From: Escherichia coli
GTDB taxonomy: Bacteria > Pseudomonadota > Gammaproteobacteria > Enterobacterales > Enterobacteriaceae
Strand: one strand, 5' to 3'
Length of the DNA stretch: 64,000 bases
NCBI RefSeq assembly: GCF_016026235.1
Contig: NZ_CP065613.1
The notes under the pieces are model-generated. The model was not told the origin of the DNA. It did no database searches and worked only from the letters and a program-made list of their open reading frames with translations. Of this stretch, positions 1 to 10,637 are shown piece after piece. The position numbers and the translations under genes are program-made. How positions within the stretch are numbered: the first letter of the stretch is position 1; each line of letters begins with the position of its first letter.

Positions 1-201
1 GATCTGCATTTTGATACTGAAAGCGGGCACTACCGCTTTGGTGAGATCGACTGGCAGGAGTTTAACGAAGTAATTAACGGTCGCGGAATTTGTAATCAGG
101 AGAGGCTCGACGCCAAACGTAAAGCCTGGGAAGAAGGTACCTGGGTACGGGAAGCAGCGCTGGCCCATGCACAAAAACAACATGCCCGTAAGGTCGCATA
201 A
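1..201 (+). CDS. paaA: Phenylacetyl-CoA epoxidase subunit A, 3' end only (5' end outside window)
   Basis: Frame-1 reading is open from window start to TAA at 199-201 (translated by hand; ends ...AHAQKQHARKVA). Sits immediately upstream of paaB in the canonical paa order. Confidence 0.8.
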   Translation, partial: DLHFDTESGHYRFGEIDWQEFNEVINGRGICNQERLDAKRKAWEEGTWVREAALAHAQKQHARKVA

Positions 202-212
202 GGAGATTCAAA

Positions 213-500
213 ATGAGTAATGTTTACTGGCCGTTATACGAAGTTTTCGTGCGTGGCAAACAGGGCTTATCACACCGCCATGTTGGCAGTTTACATGCTG
301 CCGATGAGCGGATGGCACTGGAAAATGCACGTGATGCTTACACCCGTCGTAGCGAAGGATGTTCAATTTGGGTGGTGAAGGCGAGTGAAATTGTTGCCTC
401 GCAACCGGAAGAACGCGGTGAATTTTTTGATCCGGCTGAAAGCAAAGTCTATCGCCATCCAACGTTTTACACCATCCCTGATGGCATTGAGCACATGTGA
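213..500 (+). CDS. paaB: Phenylacetyl-CoA epoxidase subunit B
   Basis: 95-aa ORF (MSNVYWPLYEVFVRGKQGL...) recognised as PaaB; ATG at 213 read directly. Confidence 0.9.
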   Translation: MSNVYWPLYEVFVRGKQGLSHRHVGSLHAADERMALENARDAYTRRSEGCSIWVVKASEIVASQPEERGEFFDPAESKVYRHPTFYTIPDGIEHM

Positions 501-508
501 GGTCGGAA

Positions 509-1255
509 ATGAATCAGTTAACGGCTTACACCTTGCGCCTGGGCGATAACTGCCTGGTGCTCTCCCAGCGGTTGGGGGAGTGGTGCGGTCATGCACCGGA
601 ACTGGAAATCGATCTCGCACTGGCAAATATTGGCCTCGATTTATTAGGCCAGGCACGCAACTTCTTATCGTATGCCGCTGAATTAGCGGGAGAAGGCGAT
701 GAAGATACCCTGGCCTTCACCCGAGACGAGCGCCAGTTCAGCAACTTATTGTTGGTTGAACAGCCAAACGGCAATTTTGCCGACACCATTGCACGCCAGT
801 ATTTCATCGATGCATGGCATGTGGCGCTCTTTACCCGTCTGATGGAAAGCCGTGATCCGCAACTGGCAGCGATTTCTGCCAAAGCAATTAAAGAAGCGCG
901 TTATCACCTGCGTTTTAGTCGTGGCTGGCTGGAGCGACTGGGCAATGGTACTGACGTTTCAGGGCAAAAGATGCAGCAGGCCATCAACAAGTTGTGGCGT
1001 TTTACCGCCGAACTGTTCGATGCCGACGAGATTGATATTGCACTGAGTGAAGAGGGTATTGCGGTTGATCCACGCACTTTACGCGCAGCGTGGGAGGCCG
1101 AAGTTTTTGCCGGGATCAACGAAGCCACATTGAACGTTCCGCAAGAGCAGGCGTATCGCACTGGCGGTAACAAAGGACTGCATACCGAACACCTTGGACC
1201 CATGCTGGCAGAAATGCAGTATCTCCAGCGTGTCTTGCCCGGTCAGCAATGGTAA
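509..1255 (+). CDS. paaC: Phenylacetyl-CoA epoxidase subunit C
   Basis: ORF 497..1255; the track start is GTG, the likely start is ATG at 509 (MNQLTAYTLRLGD...), giving 248 aa. Confidence 0.9.
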   Translation: MNQLTAYTLRLGDNCLVLSQRLGEWCGHAPELEIDLALANIGLDLLGQARNFLSYAAELAGEGDEDTLAFTRDERQFSNLLLVEQPNGNFADTIARQYFIDAWHVALFTRLMESRDPQLAAISAKAIKEARYHLRFSRGWLERLGNGTDVSGQKMQQAINKLWRFTAELFDADEIDIALSEEGIAVDPRTLRAAWEAEVFAGINEATLNVPQEQAYRTGGNKGLHTEHLGPMLAEMQYLQRVLPGQQW

Positions 1256-1269
1256 CAGAGGAGATGGGT

Positions 1270-1767
1270 ATGCAACGTCTGGCCACCATTGCACCGCCAC
1301 AGGTGCATGAGATATGGGCGCTACTCAGCCAGATCCCGGACCCGGAGATCCCGGTGCTGACCATTACCGATTTAGGCATGGTGCGTAATGTGACACAGAT
1401 GGGAGAAGGATGGGTGATCGGCTTCACGCCGACATATTCCGGTTGTCCGGCAACGGAACATTTGATTGGCGCGATACATGAGGCAATGACAACCAACGGG
1501 TTTACCCCCGTTCAGGTTGTGCTGCAACTCGACCCGGCATGGACCACCGACTGGATGACCCCCGATGCCCGTGAGCGTCTGCGACAGTATGGCATCAGCC
1601 CGCCCGCCGGACATAGTTGCCATGCCCATTTGCCGCCAGAAGTACGTTGCCCGCGCTGCGCCAGCGTCCATACCACACTTATCAGTGAATTTGGTTCCAC
1701 GGCCTGCAAAGCATTGTACCGCTGCGATAGTTGCCGCGAACCTTTCGATTATTTCAAATGTATTTGA
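1270..1767 (+). CDS. paaD: Phenylacetyl-CoA epoxidase subunit D
   Basis: ORF 1249..1767; likely start ATG at 1270 (MQRLATIAPPQVHEIW...), 165 aa, with C-terminal cysteine cluster. Confidence 0.85.
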   Translation: MQRLATIAPPQVHEIWALLSQIPDPEIPVLTITDLGMVRNVTQMGEGWVIGFTPTYSGCPATEHLIGAIHEAMTTNGFTPVQVVLQLDPAWTTDWMTPDARERLRQYGISPPAGHSCHAHLPPEVRCPRCASVHTTLISEFGSTACKALYRCDSCREPFDYFKCI

Positions 1768-1774
1768 GGATGCC

Positions 1775-2845
1775 ATGACAACGTTTCATTCCTTAACGGT
1801 GGCAAAAGTGGAGCCGGAAACCCGTGATGCGGTGACCATTACCTTTGCGGTGCCCCAGCCTTTGCAGGAGGCGTATCGCTTTCGCCCCGGTCAACATTTG
1901 ACCTTAAAAGCCAGCCTTGATGGTGAAGAATTACGCCGTTGTTACTCCATTTGCCGCAGCTACCTGCCTGGCGAAATTAGTGTGGCGGTGAAAGCTATTG
2001 AAGGCGGACGTTTCTCCCGCTATGCCCGCGAACACATCCGCCAGGGGATGACGCTGGAGGTCATGGTGCCGCAGGGGTATTTCGGCTATCAGCCGCAGGC
2101 CGAACGCCAGGGCCGCTATCTGGCAATTGCAGCAGGATCAGGTATTACGCCAATGCTGGCGATTATCGCCACCACTTTACAAACCGAGCCTGAAAGTCAG
2201 TTCACCCTGATCTACGGTAACCGTACCAGCCAGAGCATGATGTTTCGCCAGGCACTGGCAGACCTGAAAGACAAATATCCTCAGCGTTTACAGTTATTGT
2301 GTATTTTCAGTCAGGAAACCCTCGACAGCGATCTGCTTCACGGGCGTATTGACGGTGAAAAATTACAGTCACTTGGGGCCTCGCTCATTAATTTTCGTCT
2401 TTATGATGAGGCCTTTATTTGTGGTCCGGCGGCGATGATGGATGACGCGGAAGCTGCCTTAAAAGCACTGGGAATGCCAGAAAAAGCGATTCATCTGGAG
2501 CGGTTTAATACGCCTGGCACGCGCGTCAAACGTAACGTTAACGTGCAAAGTGACGGACAAAAAGTGACTGTACGTCAGGATGGGCGGGATCGGGAAATCG
2601 TGCTTAATGCCGACGATGAAAGCATTCTCGATGCGGCATTGCGCCAGGGGGCTGATCTGCCCTATGCCTGCAAAGGCGGCGTCTGTGCGACCTGCAAATG
2701 CAAAGTGCTGCGTGGCAAAGTGGCGATGGAAATCAATTACAGTCTGGAACCGGATGAACTGGCCGCAGGCTATGTGTTGAGTTGCCAGGCACTGCCGCTG
2801 ACCAGCGATGTGGTGGTTGACTTTGACGCGAAGGGGATGGCATGA
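1775..2845 (+). CDS. paaE: Phenylacetyl-CoA epoxidase reductase subunit (ferredoxin-NADPH reductase with 2Fe-2S domain)
   Basis: In-frame part of ORF 1565..2845; ATG at 1775 (MTTFHSLTVAKVEPE...) gives 356 aa; C-terminal CxxxxCxxC...C ferredoxin motif visible. Confidence 0.9.
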   Translation: MTTFHSLTVAKVEPETRDAVTITFAVPQPLQEAYRFRPGQHLTLKASLDGEELRRCYSICRSYLPGEISVAVKAIEGGRFSRYAREHIRQGMTLEVMVPQGYFGYQPQAERQGRYLAIAAGSGITPMLAIIATTLQTEPESQFTLIYGNRTSQSMMFRQALADLKDKYPQRLQLLCIFSQETLDSDLLHGRIDGEKLQSLGASLINFRLYDEAFICGPAAMMDDAEAALKALGMPEKAIHLERFNTPGTRVKRNVNVQSDGQKVTVRQDGRDREIVLNADDESILDAALRQGADLPYACKGGVCATCKCKVLRGKVAMEINYSLEPDELAAGYVLSCQALPLTSDVVVDFDAKGMA

Positions 2846-3609
2846 GCGAACTGATCGTCAGCCGTCAGCAACAAGTATTGTTACTGACCCTTAACCGTCC
2901 TGCCGCACGTAATGCGCTGAATAATGCCCTGCTGACGCAACTGGTAAATGAGCTGGAAGCTGCGGCTACCGATACCAGCATTTCGGTCTGTGTGATTACC
3001 GGTAATGCACGCTTTTTTGCCGCCGGGGCCGATCTCAACGAAATGGCGGAAAAAGATCTTGCGGCCACCTTTAACGATACACGTCCGCAGCTATGGGCGC
3101 GATTGCAGGCCTTTAACAAACCACTCATCGCAGCCGTCAACGGTTACGCGCTTGGTGCAGGTTGCGAACTGGCATTGTTGTGCGATGTGGTGGTTGCCGG
3201 AGAGAACGCGCGTTTTGGGTTGCCGGAAATCACTCTCGGCATCATGCCTGGCGCAGGCGGAACGCAACGTTTAATCCGTAGTGTTGGTAAATCGTTAGCC
3301 AGCAAAATGGTGCTGAGCGGAGAAAGCATCACCGCCCAGCAAGCACAGCAGGCCGGGCTGGTTAGCGACGTCTTCCCCAGCGATCTAACCCTCGAATACG
3401 CCTTACAGCTGGCATCGAAAATGGCACGTCACTCGCCGCTGGCCTTACAAGCGGCAAAGCAAGCGCTGCGCCAGTCGCAGGAAGTGGCTTTGCAAGCCGG
3501 ACTTGCCCAAGAGCGGCAGTTATTCACCTTGCTGGCGGCAACAGAAGATCGTCATGAAGGCATCTCCGCTTTCTTACAAAAACGCACGCCCGACTTTAAA
3601 GGACGCTAA
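2842..3609 (+). CDS. paaF: Enoyl-CoA hydratase (2,3-dehydroadipyl-CoA hydratase)
   Basis: 255-aa ORF recognised as crotonase-fold PaaF; start overlaps the paaE stop. Confidence 0.9.
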   Translation: MSELIVSRQQQVLLLTLNRPAARNALNNALLTQLVNELEAAATDTSISVCVITGNARFFAAGADLNEMAEKDLAATFNDTRPQLWARLQAFNKPLIAAVNGYALGAGCELALLCDVVVAGENARFGLPEITLGIMPGAGGTQRLIRSVGKSLASKMVLSGESITAQQAQQAGLVSDVFPSDLTLEYALQLASKMARHSPLALQAAKQALRQSQEVALQAGLAQERQLFTLLAATEDRHEGISAFLQKRTPDFKGR

Positions 3610-4397
3610 TGATGGAATTGATCCTCAGTCATGTAGAAAAGGGCGTGATGACACTAACGCTCAACCGCCCGGAACGCCTGAACAGTTTTAATGATGAGAT
3701 GCACGCACAACTGGCAGAGTGTCTGAAACAGGCCGAGCGCGACGACACTATCCGTTGCCTGTTGATTACAGGTGCCGGGCGCGGATTTTGTGCTGGTCAG
3801 GATCTTAACGATCGTAACGTTGATCCCACTGGCCCCGCACCGGATTTAGGTATGTCAGTGGAGCGTTTCTATAACCCACTGGTACGTCGCCTGGCAAAAC
3901 TGCCAAAACCGGTGATCTGTGCAGTTAATGGCGTGGCGGCAGGGGCAGGCGCAACACTGGCACTGGGGTGCGACATCGTTATTGCTGCCCGTTCAGCAAA
4001 ATTCGTCATGGCGTTTAGTAAGTTAGGTTTAGTACCCGATTGCGGTGGTACCTGGTTACTGCCACGCGTTGCCGGACGAGCGCGCGCCCTGGGGCTGGCA
4101 CTGCTGGGGAATCAACTGAGTGCTGAACAGGCGCACGAATGGGGGATGATCTGGCAGGTTGTTGATGATGAAACGCTGGCAGATACCGCGCAACAGCTGG
4201 CACGGCATCTGGCGACCCAACCGACATTTGGTCTTGGACTTATCAAGCAAGCGATAAATAGCGCTGAAACCAATACGCTCGATACGCAACTGGATCTGGA
4301 ACGCGACTATCAGCGACTTGCCGGACGGAGCGCAGATTATCGTGAAGGTGTCAGTGCGTTCCTGGCTAAACGCTCACCGCAGTTCACGGGGAAATAG
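3609..4397 (+). CDS. paaG: Enoyl-CoA isomerase (crotonase family)
   Basis: 262-aa ORF recognised as PaaG. Confidence 0.9.
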   Translation: MMELILSHVEKGVMTLTLNRPERLNSFNDEMHAQLAECLKQAERDDTIRCLLITGAGRGFCAGQDLNDRNVDPTGPAPDLGMSVERFYNPLVRRLAKLPKPVICAVNGVAAGAGATLALGCDIVIAARSAKFVMAFSKLGLVPDCGGTWLLPRVAGRARALGLALLGNQLSAEQAHEWGMIWQVVDDETLADTAQQLARHLATQPTFGLGLIKQAINSAETNTLDTQLDLERDYQRLAGRSADYREGVSAFLAKRSPQFTGK

Positions 4398-4398
4398 C

Positions 4399-5826
4399 AT
4401 GATGATAAATGTGCAAACTGTGGCAGTGATTGGGAGCGGCACCATGGGGGCTGGCATTGCTGAAGTTGCCGCCAGTCATGGACATCAGGTTTTACTGTAT
4501 GACATTTCTGCTGAAGCGCTGACCCGCGCAATCGACGGGATACACGCGCGGCTAAATTCACGCGTGACGCGGGGAAAACTGACTGCTGAAACCTGTGAAC
4601 GCACATTGAAACGCCTGATCCCGGTGACCGATATTCACGCGCTGGCAGCTGCGGACCTGGTCATTGAAGCGGCGTCTGAACGTCTGGAAGTCAAAAAAGC
4701 GCTCTTTGCACAGCTGGCGGAAGTTTGCCCGCCACAAACGCTATTGACCACTAACACTTCGTCAATCTCTATAACCGCGATTGCTGCGGAGGTAAAAAAT
4801 CCTGAACGTGTTGCGGGGCTGCATTTTTTTAACCCGGCACCGGTGATGAAGTTGGTGGAGGTGGTCAGTGGGCTGGCAACGGCAGCGGAAGTTGTTGAGC
4901 AGTTGTGTGAACTAACGTTGAGTTGGGGTAAGCAGCCTGTGCGCTGTCATTCGACCCCTGGATTTATCGTTAACCGTGTGGCGCGTCCTTATTATTCCGA
5001 GGCCTGGCGGGCACTGGAAGAGCAGGTTGCTGCACCAGAAGTGATTGACGCTGCACTTCGCGATGGCGCTGGTTTCCCGATGGGGCCGCTGGAATTAACC
5101 GATCTGATTGGTCAGGACGTCAATTTTGCTGTCACCTGTTCGGTGTTTAACGCTTTCTGGCAGGAGCGTCGTTTTTTACCTTCGCTGGTGCAACAGGAAC
5201 TGGTGATTGGTGGACGGTTGGGCAAGAAAAGTGGGCTGGGCGTGTACGACTGGCGCGCGGAACGTGAGGCAGTTGTTGGCCTGGAAGCGGTAAGCGACAG
5301 TTTTAGCCCAATGAAAGTAGAAAAGAAAAGTGACGGTGTCACGGAAATTGACGATGTTTTATTGATTGAGACACAAGGCGAGACGGCACAGGCGCTGGCA
5401 ATACGACTGGCACGCCCGGTGGTAGTGGTCGACAAAATGGCGGGCAAGGTGGTGACCATTGCTGCGGCAGCGGTGAACCCGGACTCAGCGACCCGCAAGG
5501 CCATTTATTACCTGCAACAGCAGGGCAAAACAGTGCTGCAAATTGCAGATTACCCAGGAATGCTGATTTGGCGAACGGTAGCAATGATCATCAATGAAGC
5601 CCTTGATGCGCTGCAAAAAGGCGTGGCCTCTGAACAGGATATCGATACCGCCATGCGTCTTGGGGTGAATTATCCATATGGCCCGCTTGCCTGGGGAGCG
5701 CAACTTGGCTGGCAGCGAATATTAAGGCTCCTGGAAAATCTACAATATCACTATGGCGAAGAACGCTATCGCCCATGTTCATTGCTGCGCCAACGAGCGC
5801 TTCTGGAGAGCGGTTATGAGTCATAA
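4399..5826 (+). CDS. paaH: 3-hydroxyadipyl-CoA dehydrogenase
   Basis: ORF 4318..5826; likely start ATG at 4399 (MMINVQTVAVIGSGTMGAGIA, NAD-binding GxGxxG), 475 aa. Confidence 0.9.
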   Translation: MMINVQTVAVIGSGTMGAGIAEVAASHGHQVLLYDISAEALTRAIDGIHARLNSRVTRGKLTAETCERTLKRLIPVTDIHALAAADLVIEAASERLEVKKALFAQLAEVCPPQTLLTTNTSSISITAIAAEVKNPERVAGLHFFNPAPVMKLVEVVSGLATAAEVVEQLCELTLSWGKQPVRCHSTPGFIVNRVARPYYSEAWRALEEQVAAPEVIDAALRDGAGFPMGPLELTDLIGQDVNFAVTCSVFNAFWQERRFLPSLVQQELVIGGRLGKKSGLGVYDWRAEREAVVGLEAVSDSFSPMKVEKKSDGVTEIDDVLLIETQGETAQALAIRLARPVVVVDKMAGKVVTIAAAAVNPDSATRKAIYYLQQQGKTVLQIADYPGMLIWRTVAMIINEALDALQKGVASEQDIDTAMRLGVNYPYGPLAWGAQLGWQRILRLLENLQYHYGEERYRPCSLLRQRALLESGYES

Positions 5827-6238
5827 GGCCTGGCAAAATGCCCATGCAATGTATGAGAACGATGCCTGCGCCAAAGCGCTTGGCATCGACATTATCTCAA
5901 TGGATGAAGGCTTTGCTGTAGTGACCATGACCGTCACTGTACAAATGCTTAATGGTCATCAAAGTTGCCACGGCGGGCAGCTATTTTCACTGGCTGATAC
6001 TGCCTTTGCCTACGCCTGCAATAGCCAGGGGTTGGCAGCTGTCGCTTCTGCCTGCACGATTGATTTTTTACGTCCAGGCTTTGCCGGAGACACCTTAACT
6101 GCGACTGCGCAGGTACGTCATCAGGGCAAGCAAACCGGTGTTTACGACATCGAAATTGTTAACCAACAACAAAAAACGGTTGCGCTGTTTCGCGGTAAAT
6201 CTCACCGCATCGGCGGCACCATTACAGGAGAAGCCTGA
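5816..6238 (+). CDS. paaI: Hotdog-fold acyl-CoA thioesterase
   Basis: ORF 5753..6238; likely start ATG at 5816 (MSHKAWQNAHAMYEND...), 140 aa. Confidence 0.85.
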   Translation: MSHKAWQNAHAMYENDACAKALGIDIISMDEGFAVVTMTVTVQMLNGHQSCHGGQLFSLADTAFAYACNSQGLAAVASACTIDFLRPGFAGDTLTATAQVRHQGKQTGVYDIEIVNQQQKTVALFRGKSHRIGGTITGEA

Positions 6239-7443
6239 TGCGTGAAGCCTTTATCTGTGACGGAATTCGTACGCCAATTGGTCGCTACGGCGGGGCATTA
6301 TCAGGTGTTCGGGCTGACGATCTGGCTGCTATCCCTTTGCGGGAGCTGCTGGTGCGAAACCCGCGTCTCGATGCGGAGTGTATCGATGATGTGATCCTCG
6401 GCTGTGCTAATCAGGCGGGAGAAGACAACCGTAACGTAGCACGGATGGCGACGTTACTGGCGGGGCTGCCGCAGAGTGTTTCCGGCACAACCATTAACCG
6501 CTTGTGTGGTTCCGGGCTGGACGCACTGGGGTTCGCCGCACGGGCGATTAAAGCGGGCGATGGCGATTTGCTGATCGCTGGTGGCGTGGAGTCAATGTCT
6601 CGGGCACCGTTTGTTATGGGCAAGGCAACCAGTGCATTTTCTCGTCAGGCTGAGATGTTTGATACCACTATTGGCTGGCGATTTGTGAACCCGCTCATGG
6701 CTCAACAATTTGGAACTGACAGCATGCCGGAAACGGCAGAGAATGTAGCTGAACTGTTAAAAATCTCGCGAGAAGATCAAGATAGTTTTGCGCTACGCAG
6801 TCAGCAACGTACGGCAAAAGCGCAATCCTCAGGCATTCTGGCTGAGGAGATTGTTCCGGTTGTGTTGAAAAACAAGAAAGGCGTTGTAACAGAAATACAA
6901 CATGATGAGCATCTGCGCCTGGAAACGACGCTGGAACAGTTACGTGGGTTAAAAGCACCGTTTCGTGCCAATGGGGTGATTACCGCAGGCAATGCCTCCG
7001 GGGTGAATGACGGAGCCGCTGCGTTGATTATTGCCAGTGAACAGATGGCAGCAGCGCAAGGACTGACGCCGCGGGCGCGTATCGTAGCCATGGCAACCGC
7101 CGGGGTGGAACCGCGTCTGATGGGGCTTGGTCCGGTGCCTGCAACTCGCCGGGTGCTGGAACGCGCGGGGCTGAGTATTCACGATATGGACGTGATTGAA
7201 CTGAACGAAGCGTTCGCGGCCCAGGCGTTGGGTGTACTACGCGAATTGGGGCTGCCTGATGATGCCCCACATGTTAACCCCAACGGAGGCGCTATCGCCT
7301 TAGGCCATCCGTTGGGAATGAGTGGTGCCCGCCTGGCACTGGCTGCCAGCCATGAGCTGCATCGGCGTAACGGTCGTTACGCATTATGCACCATGTGCAT
7401 CGGTGTCGGTCAGGGCATCGCCATGATTCTGGAGCGTGTTTGA
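6238..7443 (+). CDS. paaJ: 3-oxoadipyl-CoA / 3-oxo-5,6-dehydrosuberyl-CoA thiolase
   Basis: 401-aa ORF recognised as a thiolase ([19 protein letters not shown]...). Confidence 0.9.
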   Translation: MREAFICDGIRTPIGRYGGALSGVRADDLAAIPLRELLVRNPRLDAECIDDVILGCANQAGEDNRNVARMATLLAGLPQSVSGTTINRLCGSGLDALGFAARAIKAGDGDLLIAGGVESMSRAPFVMGKATSAFSRQAEMFDTTIGWRFVNPLMAQQFGTDSMPETAENVAELLKISREDQDSFALRSQQRTAKAQSSGILAEEIVPVVLKNKKGVVTEIQHDEHLRLETTLEQLRGLKAPFRANGVITAGNASGVNDGAAALIIASEQMAAAQGLTPRARIVAMATAGVEPRLMGLGPVPATRRVLERAGLSIHDMDVIELNEAFAAQALGVLRELGLPDDAPHVNPNGGAIALGHPLGMSGARLALAASHELHRRNGRYALCTMCIGVGQGIAMILERV

Positions 7444-7469
7444 GCATATCAACCTGCGAGTACCCTACA

Positions 7470-8783
7470 ATGATAACCAATACAAAGCTTGACCCGATTG
7501 AAACCGCGTCTGTTGATGAGTTACAGGCGTTGCAAACACAGCGTCTGAAATGGACGCTCAAACACGCGTATGAAAATGTCCCGATGTATCGGCGCAAATT
7601 CGACGCAGCAGGCGTACATCCTGATGATTTCAGGGAACTTTCAGACCTGCGTAAATTTCCCTGTACCACCAAACAGGATCTGCGCGACAACTATCCCTTT
7701 GACACCTTTGCCGTGCCGATGGAACAAGTGGTGCGCATTCATGCTTCTTCGGGAACCACAGGTAAACCGACAGTTGTCGGTTATACGCAAAACGATATTG
7801 ATAACTGGGCCAATATTGTAGCGCGTTCTTTGCGTGCGGCAGGGGGCTCGCCCAAAGACAAAATTCATGTTGCCTATGGTTACGGCCTGTTTACTGGTGG
7901 GCTGGGCGCGCACTATGGTGCCGAACGTCTGGGCGCTACGGTGATCCCGATGTCTGGCGGGCAGACGGAAAAACAAGCGCAACTGATCCGCGATTTTCAA
8001 CCAGATATGATCATGGTTACGCCATCTTATTGCCTTAACCTGATTGAAGAGCTGGAGCGGCAGTTGGGCGGTGATGCCAGCGGTTGCTCGCTGCGGGTTG
8101 GCGTGTTTGGTGCTGAGCCGTGGACACAGGCCATGCGTAAAGAGATTGAACGGCGTCTGGGGATCACCGCACTGGATATTTATGGCCTGTCAGAAGTGAT
8201 GGGGCCGGGGGTGGCGATGGAGTGTCTGGAAACTACCGACGGTCCAACCATTTGGGAAGATCATTTCTATCCTGAAATTGTTAATCCTCATGACGGCACA
8301 CCGCTTGCCGATGGTGAACATGGCGAACTGTTATTCACCACGCTGACCAAAGAAGCATTGCCGGTCATTCGTTACCGCACGCGTGATTTAACCCGACTGT
8401 TACCAGGAACGGCGCGGACTATGCGCCGCATGGATCGCATCAGCGGACGCAGTGATGACATGTTGATTATTCGCGGTGTAAATGTCTTTCCGTCACAACT
8501 GGAAGAAGAGATTGTCAAATTCGAACATTTATCGCCCCATTACCAACTGGAGGTGAACCGCCGGGGGCATCTTGATTCACTTTCTGTGAAAGTGGAGTTG
8601 AAAGAAAGTAGCCTGACATTGACGCATGAGCAGCGTTGCCAGGTATGCCACCAGCTGCGCCATCGGATTAAGTCGATGGTGGGGATCTCTACCGATGTGA
8701 TGATCGTTAACTGTGGCAGTATCCCGCGTTCAGAAGGCAAGGCGTGTCGGGTGTTTGATCTGCGCAATATTGTTGGTGCCTGA
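7470..8783 (+). CDS. paaK: Phenylacetate-CoA ligase
   Basis: ORF 7386..8783; likely start ATG at 7470 (MITNTKLDPIETASVDELQ...), 437 aa. Confidence 0.9.
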   Translation: MITNTKLDPIETASVDELQALQTQRLKWTLKHAYENVPMYRRKFDAAGVHPDDFRELSDLRKFPCTTKQDLRDNYPFDTFAVPMEQVVRIHASSGTTGKPTVVGYTQNDIDNWANIVARSLRAAGGSPKDKIHVAYGYGLFTGGLGAHYGAERLGATVIPMSGGQTEKQAQLIRDFQPDMIMVTPSYCLNLIEELERQLGGDASGCSLRVGVFGAEPWTQAMRKEIERRLGITALDIYGLSEVMGPGVAMECLETTDGPTIWEDHFYPEIVNPHDGTPLADGEHGELLFTTLTKEALPVIRYRTRDLTRLLPGTARTMRRMDRISGRSDDMLIIRGVNVFPSQLEEEIVKFEHLSPHYQLEVNRRGHLDSLSVKVELKESSLTLTHEQRCQVCHQLRHRIKSMVGISTDVMIVNCGSIPRSEGKACRVFDLRNIVGA

Positions 8784-8791
8784 CGTGTCGT

Positions 8792-8823
8792 CTGGCCCTG
8801 GTGAGGTAAAGCGCCAGGGCCAG
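8792..8823 (+). terminator. Stem-loop downstream of paaK (CTGGCCCTGG ... CCAGGGCCAG); putative operon terminator
   Basis: 10-bp perfect inverted repeat directly after the paaK stop; no strong T-tract, so strength is uncertain. Confidence 0.35.
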
Positions 8824-8883
8824 AAGTCGATACGACCTGTGCTATGATTCATAAATCACAACAATAACAACAGACTGAATCGA

Positions 8884-9834
8884 ATGAGTAAACTTGATAC
8901 TTTTATCCAACATGCTGTAAACGCTGTTCCGGTCAGTGGCACATCTTTGATCTCCTCTCTGTATGGTGATTCGCTTTCCCATCGTGGTGGTGAAATCTGG
9001 CTGGGTAGTCTGGCTGCTTTGCTGGAAGGGCTGGGATTTGGTGAGCGTTTCGTGCGCACCGCTTTGTTTCGTCTTAATAAAGAAGGATGGCTGGATGTTT
9101 CCCGCATCGGGCGACGCAGTTTCTATAGCCTCAGTGATAAAGGCTTGCGCCTGACGCGACGGGCAGAAAGTAAAATTTATCGCGCAGAGCAACCTGCATG
9201 GGATGGTAAATGGCTCCTGTTGCTCTCGGAAGGTTTAGATAAATCAACGCTGGCTGATGTCAAAAAGCAGTTGATCTGGCAAGGTTTTGGCGCACTGGCA
9301 CCCAGCCTGATGGCATCGCCGTCGCAAAAACTGGCGGATGTACAGACACTTTTGCATGAAGCGGGGGTGGCGGATAACGTGATTTGTTTTGAAGCGCAAA
9401 TACCACTGGCGCTTTCTCGCGCAGCACTGCGTGCCAGAGTAGAAGAGTGCTGGCATTTAACTGAACAAAATGCCATGTACGAAACCTTTATTCAGTCATT
9501 CCGCCCGCTGGTGCCGCTGTTAAAAGAGGCGGCGGAGGAGTTAACCCCGGAGCGTGCATTTCATATTCAGCTTTTACTGATCCATTTTTATCGCCGTGTC
9601 GTCCTTAAAGATCCATTGTTGCCGGAGGAGTTGCTTCCGGCGCACTGGGCAGGGCATACGGCGCGTCAGCTGTGTATCAACATTTATCAGCGCGTAGCGC
9701 CTGCTGCTTTAGCGTTCGTTAGTGAAAAAGGTGAAACCTCGGTCGGTGAACTGCCTGCGCCGGGAAGCCTGTATTTTCAACGTTTTGGCGGTTTGAATAT
9801 TGAACAGGAGGCATTATGCCAATTTACCAGATAG
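8884..9834 (+). CDS. paaX: Phenylacetyl-CoA-responsive transcriptional repressor of the paa operon
   Basis: 316-aa ORF recognised as PaaX; position after paaK. Confidence 0.9.
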   Translation: MSKLDTFIQHAVNAVPVSGTSLISSLYGDSLSHRGGEIWLGSLAALLEGLGFGERFVRTALFRLNKEGWLDVSRIGRRSFYSLSDKGLRLTRRAESKIYRAEQPAWDGKWLLLLSEGLDKSTLADVKKQLIWQGFGALAPSLMASPSQKLADVQTLLHEAGVADNVICFEAQIPLALSRAALRARVEECWHLTEQNAMYETFIQSFRPLVPLLKEAAEELTPERAFHIQLLLIHFYRRVVLKDPLLPEELLPAHWAGHTARQLCINIYQRVAPAALAFVSEKGETSVGELPAPGSLYFQRFGGLNIEQEALCQFTR

Positions 9835-10406
9835 ATGGTCTGACTCCGGTTGTGCCAGAAGAGAGTTTTGTCCATCCGACAGCGGTATTGATCGGCGATG
9901 TTATTCTAGGCAAGGGCGTTTACGTTGGGCCAAATGCCAGCCTGCGTGGCGATTTTGGTCGTATCGTGGTGAAAGATGGCGCGAACATTCAGGATAATTG
10001 CGTTATGCACGGTTTTCCCGAGCAGGATACTGTCGTTGAAGAAGATGGGCATATTGGTCATAGCGCTATCCTTCACGGCTGCATTATCCGCCGCAATGCA
10101 TTAGTGGGAATGAACGCGGTAGTGATGGACGGCGCGGTGATTGGCGAGAACAGCATTGTTGGCGCATCCGCATTTGTGAAAGCCAAAGCAGAAATGCCTG
10201 CCAATTACCTGATTGTCGGCAGCCCGGCGAAAGCGATTCGTGAACTCAGTGAGCAGGAGCTGGCATGGAAAAAGCAGGGTACGCATGAGTATCAGGTGCT
10301 GGTGACTCGTTGTAAGCAGACGTTGCATCAAGTTGAGCCATTGCGGGAAGTTGAACCGAACAGGAAACGTCTGGTATTTGATGAGAATCTGCGACCGAAA
10401 CAGTAA
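9816..10406 (+). CDS. paaY: Hexapeptide-repeat (left-handed beta-helix) thioesterase / acyltransferase
   Basis: 196-aa ORF recognised as PaaY; overlaps the paaX 3' end. Confidence 0.9.
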   Translation: MPIYQIDGLTPVVPEESFVHPTAVLIGDVILGKGVYVGPNASLRGDFGRIVVKDGANIQDNCVMHGFPEQDTVVEEDGHIGHSAILHGCIIRRNALVGMNAVVMDGAVIGENSIVGASAFVKAKAEMPANYLIVGSPAKAIRELSEQELAWKKQGTHEYQVLVTRCKQTLHQVEPLREVEPNRKRLVFDENLRPKQ

Positions 10407-10450
10407 CGTCCAGATACTGAACATTCTAATTTTTAGCATGTGATACCTAA

Positions 10451-10483
10451 ACCGCAACGCTGATACAGGTTGCGGTTTTTTTA
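10451..10483 (+). terminator. Rho-independent terminator after paaY
   Basis: CCGCAAC...GTTGCGG stem followed by a T7 run, about 45 nt after the paaY stop. Confidence 0.6.
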
Positions 10484-10637
10484 TTGCCGGATGCGGCGCT
10501 TTACGCGTTTTGTTTTGGTGTCTTTCAGGACAATAGAGCAACTCATCCAGTAATCTTGTTTACACCTTCGCATTATTTATCTCTTTTCATTTCTATACTG
10601 ATTTTTCTTAATCCGTTTTATTACAGGGCAGGGTGCG